A DNA stretch of 63,111 bases, the filler included, from Sphacelaria rigidula (Eukaryota): assembly GCA_964200075.2 (NCBI GenBank). It is 6 parts of 6 records of this genome, joined end to end, with 100 filler letters (N's around TTAATTAATTAA, not from the genome) between each part and the next. Parts side by side here need not be neighbours in the genome. Positions count along the whole stretch, not along the records: positions 42,145 to 52,578 come from CAXNAA020006501.1; positions 52,679 to 63,111 come from CAXNAA020006502.1; 4 more parts are not named here. One strand, given 5' to 3'. Below the pieces are notes generated by a model. The model had not been told where the DNA came from, ran no database searches, and saw only the letters and a list, made by a program, of their open reading frames with translations. The position numbers and the translations under genes were made by a program. Numbering within the stretch: the first letter of the stretch is position 1; the number at the start of each line of letters is the position of its first letter. This document shows positions 47,801 through 57,992 of the stretch, one piece after another.

Positions 47801-50800
47801 GACAGAAGGCTCAAGAGGAGGTGGATCACTGAACTTCCAGTCCAGAAGGGTCGCGAGCTATGGTTGGGAGTCACTGGACATTAGCAAGAAGGCTCATGGT
47901 ACTCAGCAAAGCATTATGCAGTCGCGATCACGCGGGCACCCACGGATGCCTCCTCCGCGGCGTGGGGAGGACTAATGAAGGTGGATGGGGAATTGATGAA
48001 AGCGGGTGCAGATTTCTCAACGATACGGGTGCGACAGCACATCACTGAGAAGGAAGCGTTCGCGCTGCACGTGGGGTCGTCCGGAGTACTGCCGCAGAAA
48101 AACCTGGGCGGTTGAGGGGAGCGCAGGTGTTAGTCGAAGTCGACAATGCATCGGTGGTAGCGGCGTTTGCCAAATGTCGTTTCAGGAACACAGTTGTTAC
48201 GCATGCACTTTTATTAGACCTGTACAACCTGCAGAGGAAGGAGGGATTTCGGTTGAGATTGCAGTGGGTGCGATCACAGGTAAATGCGGAAGCGGACGCT
48301 ATTACGAGGCCTGTGAAGGTGAAAATTATACAGTTGAGGCCTGCATACTTGTGGCGCTGTAAGACGTTTTCGGGACATTTGACGCAGACCTCATGGCTGC
48401 CGACGTGTCTGCGCAGCGTATTCCTAGCCGAAACGAGCATGCGAGAGATATATTATCTTCTTTTCTCACGCTGTGCGTGCTCGGGGGCGGCAGCGATCGA
48501 CGTGCAGACGCGGGAAGTCGTCCGAAAATCGGGATCAAAATACAAGGATTTCAATTTCCGTTTTCCACTGGTATGCATGGTAAGCCTACTCTTGCAGCAT
48601 GGTATGAGTGTCAGGCGCGGGCAGCAGTACTTGTGCCAGCAGTGAAAGACAGGTGGTAGCCCAGGCTGAGACCAGCTTGCGTAAAAGAGAAATTGGTGGC
48701 GGAGGCAGGTGGGTACGAGTAGTGGTAACGCCTTCTTCACAGACCACCACGTGCGGGGAGAGCGGCCATTTGTGTTTGAGCGGTTGGACATGATCGCAGT
48801 GCCGTCGAGCTAGACTTTTCCGTGCGCGAGTAGAGCATGTTTGGCCGGGAGCGCATTTCATCGCGCGTTTGTTCGTACACGTGACAGGTGACAGTGGAGG
48901 CAGACACATGGGTGGCAGCGCTAGCACCGCTGCTGCAACTGTTGAAAGGAGTAAACGCGAGCGAGGTATCGAGGGGCGTGCATCCCGCAGTCACGAGGAT
49001 GGCAGATAGGGTGCCCAGGGTCTAAAATGCATGTCTCGAACACGAGGATATTTTCAAGGGTCTACACGTTACCCTCGTTACGTGTCACGTTTCACGTCAA
49101 AAGTTAAGCCAGGCTAGTACCACCGTTGGGGTTGGGAACCACGTGGGTAGCCCTGTTCAAAAACTGAGTCAAATCAGGGTCCCCCACGCGGTCCCCCACC
49201 CTAGTACTAGCCTGGCTTGATTTTTGACGACTTTTGACGCGAAACATGAACGTAACGAGTGTGACGTGTAGACCCTTGGGATGTTTTAGGTTCTGTCAAT
49301 TTCGCGGCATACTGGCGCCTAGTGTCGAACTGCCGCCGGAGAAGGAAGGGGGAAAACCGTTAGAAACCAATGCAACCTTACTAGGGGAGCGGTTGAGTGA
49401 CTTTCCACAAGCGAGGGCGGACAAAGAAGGAACAAACCACAGGAGTGTTAGAGCAGAAGCGTTTGACAAACTTGTTAGGCAGCGCTCAGGGGGAACAAAA
49501 GGATGGGAGAGGGCTACGTCGGACCTGATTGTGGAATATTTGGCACCCAAGGACCCGGAAGGTATAAGTACGAAGGTGGTGCATGATACACAGTGCCCAA
49601 ACATAGGAGTAGACAGTTTGGACGGATGCAAAGAGTTGGGCATGGTGAAGTGCGAGAAGTGGTATGCGCACACCTCCTTGACCAAGCAACACATTTCCAA
49701 ATCGCGCTGCGCGTATGTGGAGTTGTTGGCTAACAGCGATGAGTGGTCGGTAACAGAGCACAGGGGAAGCCCAGTCAAGAGTGTTCAAGTAGAGAAATAC
49801 TTCGCGTATCCGCGGCTGAGCAACAAATGGCGGGAGTTACCACCAAGCAGGCGGGACGGATTTCGTGACTCGACCCGCAGGAAATCGTGAGGGGTCATTC
49901 GTGTGCAGCTAGAAGAGAGTAAATACCTCGGGAAGAGGATTACCTTAGTTGGGAACATGACGTTGTACACGGTAAAATTCCGGACCACAGGACGAGGGGG
50001 GGATTTGACCAATAGAGTTACCCGGCGTTGGACTACAAATGTCCATGGTTGATATTACTTGATGATTTCAGTGTGTACAACGAGAATCGGATCTTTGGTA
50101 GGGCTGACAGTCCCGTGTGCTCCTCGCGTGCGCAGAATGCGTGTTCATTGAAAACGGCGCCTGGGGTCTACCAAGGCCGCACTTTGCCTAGGAAATACTA
50201 ACCTGCCCTTGCCCGAGGGTTCTCGGTATGCGTTGGGTTAGGGTAAGGGATACTTGTAAAATCGTGTCAACCATGGACATTTATAGCCCAACGCCGGTTA
50301 ACTAGCCTCGATATGACACACATGGTTGCCAGCAATGTTTTGAGGCTGCCAGAAGACAACGGCATAGTTCTGAATTTCTTTTTCACCAAGATATTGAGAG
50401 CAGGTTCAGAACACGTATGCCATGTACTGTAGCGCTAGACAGGGATATGCCGGATACGTGTGCTGTAGCAAGCAGCGTTAGAACAGTGCGGGCAAGCCAT
50501 GGCTCCATGTGGTTGGAAGGGGGGACAAGGTTTTCTTCTCCCGGAGATACGGGCGACAGAATATATAAAACACAGGAGTCTTTTTTGTGTTTGTTTTAGT
50601 TCTCCACCTTTCTTCTGCGGTGCTTGCCTTTATTTATTATCGTCGGGGGGGTTCAGCGGTCCCTTTCCCTCGTTCACCAAGTCGAACTTTGTGTACCCAC
50701 GACGTGGTCGCTCTCCACTGTTGAGCACTGTGAGAAAAAAATCCCAGATCATGTCACTGCTCCGAGGTTTGAACCCACGACCCAACCGTCAGAAGGTTTC

Positions 50801-51556
50801 GAGGTTACCAACTGAGCCACCGGGGGCGACACTGTATGCAGACAGTGTTTGCTGTCTTAACATTGAACACCGTTCCGATATCTACGCAGTACTCTGTACT
50901 TGGCATCGAGGTCACAGGGTAAAAGAGAATCAATAATAAAATCGGACCGAGAAAAATTCACACAGACGCGATACCAGACAGAGAACTGTACTGTCTGTAC
51001 TGATTGAAGGTGATCAAGAACCGCTTCACGAACTCCATCGTCCTGTGCTCGATCGAAATCTTTTGATTTCACTTAGGACCACACCGCACCAAACGAACGA
51101 ATCCCATCTCATCGATTCCCCCGCACCTTTCGTCCGATCGAAATGAAATCTGATTAGACACGCCCCCGCCAAATCATTTGCCCTCGTGATCAAGAGGTTG
51201 AAATATTCCGGGTGCTTGCAAGACAAAAGAACGAAACCTTGACAAGGGAGGGACGGGTCCATCTCTCACCACACCACCACACACAGGTCCTCTCGTAGGG
51301 CATGGGACCCTCTTTTTGTGACCAAGAACATTAGGTCTCACCCTTATACGTGTACCCGCTATCCCCTAGCCCTCTTCCTACCCTCGTGCAACAGCCTGCA
51401 GTCTCCAGTACGAATATTCCCCAGTCCCCTCACCTCAGCTTTTAGAGCGGCCCGATCGACTAGCGCCGCGGCACGGGCTGCACTTTCCGCCAACGGGTCG
51501 GCGCCATCTGCAAGAGTCTCCCTGCCCTCGTAGTTGATCCGTCCATTCGGGTGTAC
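42309..51556 (-). CDS. Partial multi-exon host gene encoding a coiled-coil/Gly-rich protein of unknown function
   Basis: Exons 51556-51434, 44640-44467 and 42444-42309 join in phase 0: ...AESAARAAALVDRAALKAE|ELASKVRGGSNG...NPEKE|VEEAQAAVDRGEEGAAERLERAEEELERALEAVLDAE; donors gtgagg/gtggga/gtaaga. The acceptor at 51557 is weak and other exons may intervene. Confidence 0.55.
43033..43308 (-). mobile_element. Poly(C)-associated repeat, copy G, abutting a roughly 100-nt G tract
   Basis: gcgtacttatgatc...ttgacctcgcattcctacagagccgggacgg...ttttcgccggatcaggctcgc...gaagggtgagctgcatcctgccaagac; internal 10-N gap at 43023-43032. Confidence 0.8.
44838..44893. repeat. (CAA)n microsatellite
   Basis: Long run of caa triplets. 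Confidence 0.95.
45312..45534. mobile_element. Degenerate MITE-like element
   Basis: Imperfect inverted ends gtgtgaaaaccagatccgggtcttcatac / gtatgaaatccggatctacttttctacac. Confidence 0.5.
45927..46060 (+). mobile_element. Poly(C)-associated repeat, variant subfamily, copy H
   Basis: C-run...gtgctccgtctcgaaagggatgcgtggtcaatggtcaaac...aaatgagtacgccccccttcccc. Confidence 0.65.
47299..47602 (+). repeat. Two identical 97-bp direct repeats (47299-47395 and 47506-47602)
   Basis: atacaaatcaagcggcagctgttgc...gagcaagagtgagctttg occurs twice, 207 bp apart. Confidence 0.9.
49055..49278. mobile_element. Mutator-like MITE (224 bp, long TIRs, 9-bp TSD)
   Basis: TIR caagggtctacacgt(t/c)ac(c/a)ctcgttacg matches at 26/28 and continues imperfectly to aagccaggctagtac; flanks ggatatttt (49046-49054) and ggatgtttt (49279-49287). 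Confidence 0.88.
50021..50298. mobile_element. MITE with about 31-bp TIRs and a TA/TWA-type target site
   Basis: ccggcgttggactacaaatgtccatggttga versus tcaaccatggacatttatagcccaacgccgg (29/31); flanks tta| and |taa; interrupts the YR coding remnant. Confidence 0.85.
50567..50830 (-). mobile_element. tRNA-derived SINE, same family as 23267-23611
   Basis: tttgtgtacccacgac.tggtcgctctccactgttg...ttgaacccacgacccaaccgtcagaag.tttcgaggttaccaactgagccaccgggg shared between the copies. Confidence 0.85.
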
Positions 51557-51992
51557 CTTTTCTTTGCGCGTCAGGCATCACGATCCAGTCACCACCATCA
51601 AGGGTTTAGTTTGAAACAGAACAATAATCTTCTAATCCCATCGCCACCAACAACAACATGTAAAAGATCAAATACGCACAAGAGGCCTCCATGAATTGAT
51701 TGACTGGCTGTCGCACATATATCGGACCATCCGTGGTCACACACCATACGCACAAAACGCAAGAGTTAGGCACCAGCGTTATTTTTTTTTGCTTTCAATC
51801 TTCGCTCGCCCACCTTAACGACATTCCCTTGGAGGTACATCCGGTGAGCATCAGCAGGGCTATACAACCTGTGCGCGCACATACACACACAAAAGATCAT
51901 TTATAACGTCACGGGGAAAAGCCGACGTGTAGAGGAGACGCAAAACACAGGACACGGGCACGTAGGTGTTTTCAGGTTTTGCACAAGAATTC

Positions 51993-52083
51993 GTGCTTCG
52001 CGCTTGGTGATTGATTGCGAGCCTGGTCCGGCTGAATGCATGGTCAATGGTCAAATGACTAAGGCGAGCAACACATGAGTGCG
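51993..52083 (+). mobile_element. Poly(C)-associated repeat, internally deleted copy I
   Basis: gcttcgcgcttggtgattgattgcgagcctggtccggc joined directly to atgcatggtcaatggtcaaatgact...atgagtgcg. Confidence 0.65.
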
Positions 52084-52515
52084 TAGAGGACAAGTACTTG
52101 GCTCGACTTGTGTAGACGAGTGCTTTCGGCAGTGGAATCGACATCTCCACGTGCTTCTGCAGATTTCGTCACGTTGACGCCGTGTTTCGAGACCGGCCCT
52201 GCAAACTGAAAAGTTACACATGGAAAAATGATGGACGAATCACGAAGGGTGCCTCCACGGCAACGAACTATTTCGGGACAATCTACAGGGGAAAACATTT
52301 ACCACCAACAATTTCGCTAGGGGAGCTACTGGAGCGGGCGCATCAATCGAGTTGACGGTCGCTTCAACTCAGCACATGGTGCACATCCTCTGCGCGCACC
52401 GTTCGTCGAGAAATAAAGGGCTGAGGATACTGCTGCTTACGCACAGACGCCCACTCTAGAAAATAGCGTGTTGCTATTGGTATCAGTCCGGAAATGAACG
52501 AATATCGATGCCCGT

Positions 52516-52578
52516 CCCCCCCTCCCCTTCTTCGCCTGGTCCAGCGAGAACCCGGCATGCTCCGTCCCGGCTTTCGCT
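52516..52578 (+). mobile_element. Poly(C)-associated repeat, copy J at contig end
   Basis: C-run, then gcctggtccagcgagaacccggcatgctccgtcccggcttt. Confidence 0.7.
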
Positions 52579-52678
52579 NNNNNNNNNNNNNNNNNNNNNN
52601 NNNNNNNNNNNNNNNNNNNNNNTTAATTAATTAANNNNNNNNNNNNNNNNNNNNNNNNNNNNNNNNNNNNNNNNNNNN
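52579..52678. other. Artificial contig linker
   Basis: N44-TTAATTAATTAA-N44. Confidence 0.98.
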
Positions 52679-52759
52679 TTTCATGTGCAGACACCAACAA
52701 CAACCACAACCACCGCCTTTATCCCCCCCCCCCCTACGTCTCAACTACTATTAGATTAC

Positions 52760-55700
52760 CTCCGGTAAATAGAGATTCTCCTTGGCGAAGGCAAATGCGA
52801 GTGCGATCACGGGGATCCAGGGATCTGGACGTTCGTACTGATCAGGGTGAGCCAACACCCTTTCCAGGTCTTCTTCCCCGCCGAATCCTTGGTCATTTCC
52901 GAGATCCTCTTCAGCATTCGAAGTCGCTGACCCCGAGGGACTCTGCACGAAGTGTAAACATGTTGCCACAAATATTCCGCAGTGAGGAATACAACGGGGA
53001 CGTCTTGTTGAGTCGAAGTATAAACAAGGGTTACAAGCGGGGTAGTGCCGACCAAGTGTCACTAGAGGTTTGCTGCGACATCTTGAACACGCTTGCACCG
53101 ACCGCGCAACGAACCCTGATATCGCAATCATGATCGAGACGACCTACGGCTGACGGCGGGAAAGTTTCGACGAACTTCAACACTCTCATCACTGTCACTT
53201 CAAGAATACCTCGTCTCGACACAGGTGTCCATATCGGCGTCTGCGATGGTGTCCACCCACAGCGCTGAAATGCGCACATGTGCGTAGAACGCTACTCATG
53301 TCGGACGAGCAGGAACTGCGACCAAGTCAACGCACTCAAACGGTGAACAAACGAGGGACTTACCCATTGTCAGGCACCAAGGCCGATGGGCAACGTATCC
53401 TGTTGCATGCAGCGCACTACCGTACAGGAACCTCCGACTTGTAACCCTCAAGGTATTGTTTCACGGGTGATGCTTCACACAAGGAGTGATACCTACACCC
53501 CCGTCCGTACCGCAATGATTCCAATCACAGCCGTATCAAACGTCGCCACAGCGTCCTCACCGGGCCTGCATCGGTGCCACCATTAGGCACATGCTCACTG
53601 TCATTGCTAGGTTGGGCTCGTGCAGGCAGTAGACCGTTTCCCTCTCCAGTGGCTACCGCGTGCATGAGAAATGTCATTCCGGCAGCGTCTGTCCGTTTGA
53701 CGACATGCCTCGCCTGAACACGCGGGCACCATAATGATGAGACAAATCAGATGACTCTTTGTACGCATGGATGGAAGTATCCTCCGAAGTTCACATTGCG
53801 GGTTGGGGATTCCCAATTTCTGGCCGTTCTCGGGTATACCGAGCTCAAGACCGCCATCCGCAATCTATGGTACAGGTATACTGGGATGCCGACAGCCTAT
53901 CCCTGGTCGTGGTCCTCTCCATCGCTGAACCGGCTCAGGCCCTACAACCTTACCTGAGCAGGGGTGACTTGCTGCGTCACCAAATCGAATAGGGCGGAGT
54001 TTCCGCTGGCAGCAGCATGCATGATGAGAGTCATCTCGTACATGTCGGTCAGCTCCAGCTGTCCTTCCATCGTCATATGCCTCCCCTAGCATTACCGTTG
54101 CAATCGTACGATAAGAAAGTCGCAGAAAGGTTAGTGTCACTCAACGGGGGAGTAGAACCTCATTCTACATATGAGAGAATATCGGAGATGCAGTAGAAAA
54201 TGTGAAACCTTTCCCGTGAAGGAGCGCGTAGTATGTATTGCATTTTTTATCGCTATGGTGCTTGCTCTGGTGTTTTGTTTGAGGGAACACACTCATCAAT
54301 CGGTTACCGTCTACGATCACAGGAGACGATACGGTCGGGTGAGCCGCAAGGTTTGTCTTTTCGCCATGTTTAGAATAAATGTGTCTGGAGAACACAATTC
54401 GGCGAAAGTAGCGCAGGAAACACCCCCACAGATATTTGGCTCTACACTGTATTCATTCAAGTTAGGACAATAGTGTACGAACAGTTACATCTTCCTCTTC
54501 GACACATCTGCCTTCATAGACTGTACGGCCAGTAGCACTCGCACATTACACTCAAGTCGGACCACGTGGTGTCGTCAACAGATGAACGCAAGTTTGCACG
54601 AGACGCAGGATCGCAGCACGAGATCATTGCAGAGCATTGACACTTAGTCGATACCCGGAGTCAGTCAAAGACATTCCAAGCACTACAGGACGGTGCGACA
54701 AAGCACTGTACAATACACTCCCCCTAACCCCCGCCTCTACCACAGCCACACAAATGATAGAAAAAATTGGAGGATCGTGGGCGCCAGACGTTCAAAATGG
54801 AAAGCAAAGTACAGAAGAGATCCGCCAATAAAATCATATAATAGAGTGACGTGCGACATACACCCGAATTCTAGAATGGGTTCCTGGGAGAGATTTCTGA
54901 CTTGACTGCGAATTGTGCGCTTTCATGGGTTTTGGTCATCTGCTGCTTGTTTGCTGACGATCTATATGTGTTTCTTTCATCATACATTATTTGATCTCAA
55001 GTATGCTATAAAATCATGATGCGATGCTATGTACAGGGCAGAGTGGATTCATTGTACCGCAGTAGAACGTGTAGACTGCGGTACAGCGCAGTGTAGTGCG
55101 CTAAAGTGCAGTGTTCCTACTAATGTCCACATACAGGACGGCGACGTGAACAACACGGACAAAGATGAGTGTCAGCATCGACTTGTGCTAGGTGAGATAA
55201 ATTATCAGTACAACCGGATACACGATACTTGCAGGGTACTTAGCAATTTTTATTCTACAGTGTCAGATGTTCGCCATATGGTATAGTCTTTGTTTGTGAA
55301 GTCCAGTCCAGTTCAGTGCGGTATAAAATACGGCACAGTAAGGTATTTTCAGCACATTGCAGGATACATCATGCACATATAACCCAACTTGCAACACCAG
55401 ACACAATACCTGTTATTGCGGAAGACACCATTTTGTAGTGACATATCAGAGATTGATGCCACACATGTATGAAGAACCAGCGCATGCAGGCACAAGGTTG
55501 AAACGATCCGAAAGGACCAGAGTACCGGGACTCCGTAAGGCCAACGATACTAGACAACTCGGGGTGATGCCAGGAAGAGCCTGACCTCGGGACGACCCTG
55601 CATCCCCCGAGGTAACGGATCACCCCACGGTGATCACTATCACGTCTAGTACACTTCTTGTCTACATGTCACAAGAGGAAATCATCGCCAACTTCGGAGT

Positions 55701-56508
55701 TCCTCCGGCATCACGACGACATCTGCAACGATAACCTCCCCCGTAGGTTTCTGTCTACCCTAGTGATACGCCTTTTTCATTATACCGTTTAGGGCCATTT
55801 TTCCGTCCGTTACTGCCTCATGGTGCCAGCAGCAATCCCGTCGCTATTTATACATCGTGCCCCCTGCTCTTTGGTATATCATGTATGGCTAATTATGCCT
55901 CGGGCTTACGTGCGTGACTGTGGCGGGGGTGGGTGAACATCGTCATACGGCGCAAAAAACAATATTCGACTGCATCACAACAATCCCTGTGTCATATCGG
56001 TCTTTAATTACACGGTCACATCGCCTGCCTCGATCTTACACATCTGGTTTGTAAAACACATATTATGCCAACTTGAAATTATGCTCTGTGAAGCAGAGTC
56101 GCCCCTGCAGGCGAGGCAGGTGGTGCGCCGGTGTCTACTTCTGATTATGCGGCACGAGAGACGAGATCTACTCAGCGGTTGGATGGCTTGCACCTACCGT
56201 CTACTAGTACGACTTTGATCACTTGAAGACAGCAAGCTGCTCACCCAATGGCCACCAACATCAGGATTGGTCCTGGAGCTGAGAATAAAGAAAGCGTCCA
56301 AAATGGCAGAAAAAATGGCCAGATCCCCTGTCTCAGACGCAGCAATCAGAGGCGTTCGCAACCTGCGCTCCGTGGAAGTACTTCGTGCGCAAATTGTGGA
56401 CAACTGTGCTTCGACCGTGGGTATCCCCTGCATAACAGCGTGTACTCTCGCGAGGTCTCTCGCTTCGAGTGCCAGAAGCAAGTCGTTCACGTTCTGTTCA
56501 GTCGATCC
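52760..56508 (-). CDS. Ankyrin-repeat protein, partial (continues beyond the contig edge)
   Basis: Exons 56508-56245, 54085-53954, 53713-53561 and 52942-52760 (264, 132, 153 and 183 nt; all phase 0; GT-AG). Ankyrin-like RTPLIAASETGDLAIF, TDMYEMTLIMHAAASGNSALFDLV and TDAAGMTFLMHAVATG. Confidence 0.8.
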
Positions 56509-57938
56509 CTGGAAAAGAAGGAGCATCACGGGCATCAAGCAACAATTGGTGGAATTATTCAAGTGGTTTTGGACGGTGGCACGTCATCCTAAATAATAGT
56601 TCAATATAGACACGTGTCGACATTATTGTATGTAGGTATCCACACCACGCACGAATTTGCTTGAATTGCAGCGGCCCGTACATGCTGCTGGCTTTATGTC
56701 ATCTGATATTGTACACAAAGGGCATTTCGTGTTTACTTGAGAGTACCAGGTAATAGCAAGCTCTATCGTATGCCGGCGGTTAGACCAGCCGTCGCACTTC
56801 TCGCAACCTTTGTTGCACTTACGGTATACACGACTCAAGCCGTCTACAGGATCTTACAATTTTGAGTATCGCTGCGGCGATCTCCTCAAAGGTGGAGACC
56901 ACAAGACAGACAATTGCTATCGGTCCTGCCAGGCTTCTTCGTGATATTGGCACCGAAGAAAGACTGTTCGGCATTAAAAATGAACACATCAAGCATGCGT
57001 AAGTGGACGTTGTGTTGATTCTTGCATGGCTGTGCCGCTCAGTGCGATCTACACCTGGGTGGGCATCCCGCATGCAATGCCCTGTCACTCGGTTATCATG
57101 CGTTGCTGCCCTTTACTGTCCAGCACCCCCTCCCATATACGCACGCACCTCGCCCCAACTGCGATTATCGTAGTAAGCACAATCCGGTTGGAATGTTATT
57201 GCACTTGAGGAACGACATGACCTGCCCTATACCACATCGCGATGAGTCTGTAGAGCCAACAGTTTGCCCACGGCGGCAAGTAGCGCGGATATAAGTTTCC
57301 AGGAAGTCAGCGTTTGATCTCGCTATCTGGGGAGCGACGATGACGTAGAACCAACGAGTTGCCCATGGCAGCGAGCAAACAGCACGGGTAGGGGCTAACA
57401 GCAAGCTGACGTTCTGGTCTCGGGAATTGAGGAACGGCATTCAATGGCGCAGGGTAGTGCAAGGTACGCGCGTAAATCTCATTAGGTAACACGGGCTTTT
57501 ACAAATTGCGGGCATGTCTCAAGCTTAGTGGATAGCGACGACTTACCTCGTTTTGTGTCGCCATGCTGGTGATGCTTCAAGAGAGGCCGGACAAGGTGAC
57601 CGCGTGCAATGCACCTAGTTGTTTTTCCGTATGATGGCTTGCACAACACAAGGCTTCGGCTGGTGACGCTGATGATCGGCTCTGGACATGCATCAGGACG
57701 TGGTTGCACAGCAGGAACGTACCAGGAGTCGACTGAAGAATAGGATATTGTACTAGCACGGCAAGTATGGTGTTGTGTATTCGATGCAACAGGCAAGTGG
57801 GTACTACTGCGGACAGTGGAGTGGCGACGCGTTTTTGTCATGAGCGTTTTTTCGTCTGATCCATTGACTTGATCAACAGTTCGTGTGGGTGTGACTTATG
57901 TTCGAAATTTTGCAATGAACCGGTTTACAAACGGTTTT

Positions 57939-57992
57939 AACCGTTCACAGGGTGCTTGATTATGGAACCGTTCACAGGGTGCTTGATTATGG
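57939..57992. repeat. Perfect 27-bp tandem duplication
   Basis: aaccgttcacagggtgcttgattatgg twice. Confidence 0.9.

Larger units (their letters stand above)
46200..50560 (+). mobile_element. Decayed DIRS1-like tyrosine-recombinase retrotransposon (possible ORF1 remnant, RT C-terminus, RNase H, MT domain, ALOG-like domain + YR)
   Basis: RT end: IPQDKLDKLDALI...GKCTNMKVAVR (47610-47790). RNase H: TDASSAAWGGL, HITEKEAFAL, VLVEVDNASVVAAF, LQWVRSQVNAEADAITR (47940-48310). MT-like: DLMA...FSR...IDV...FP...VP (48380-48660). ALOG-like at 49380-49850. YR: TGRGGDL and VLRLPEDNGIVLNFFFTKILR...CAV (49985-50550). Many frameshifts and stops; the 5' boundary is uncertain. Confidence 0.85.

Noticed and set aside
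53118-53400. Additional exons of the ankyrin gene
   Set aside because: The candidate at 53365-53400 introduces a stop in phase 0 and the one below 53265 gives no recognisable sequence; direct joining of 53561 to 52942 is in frame.
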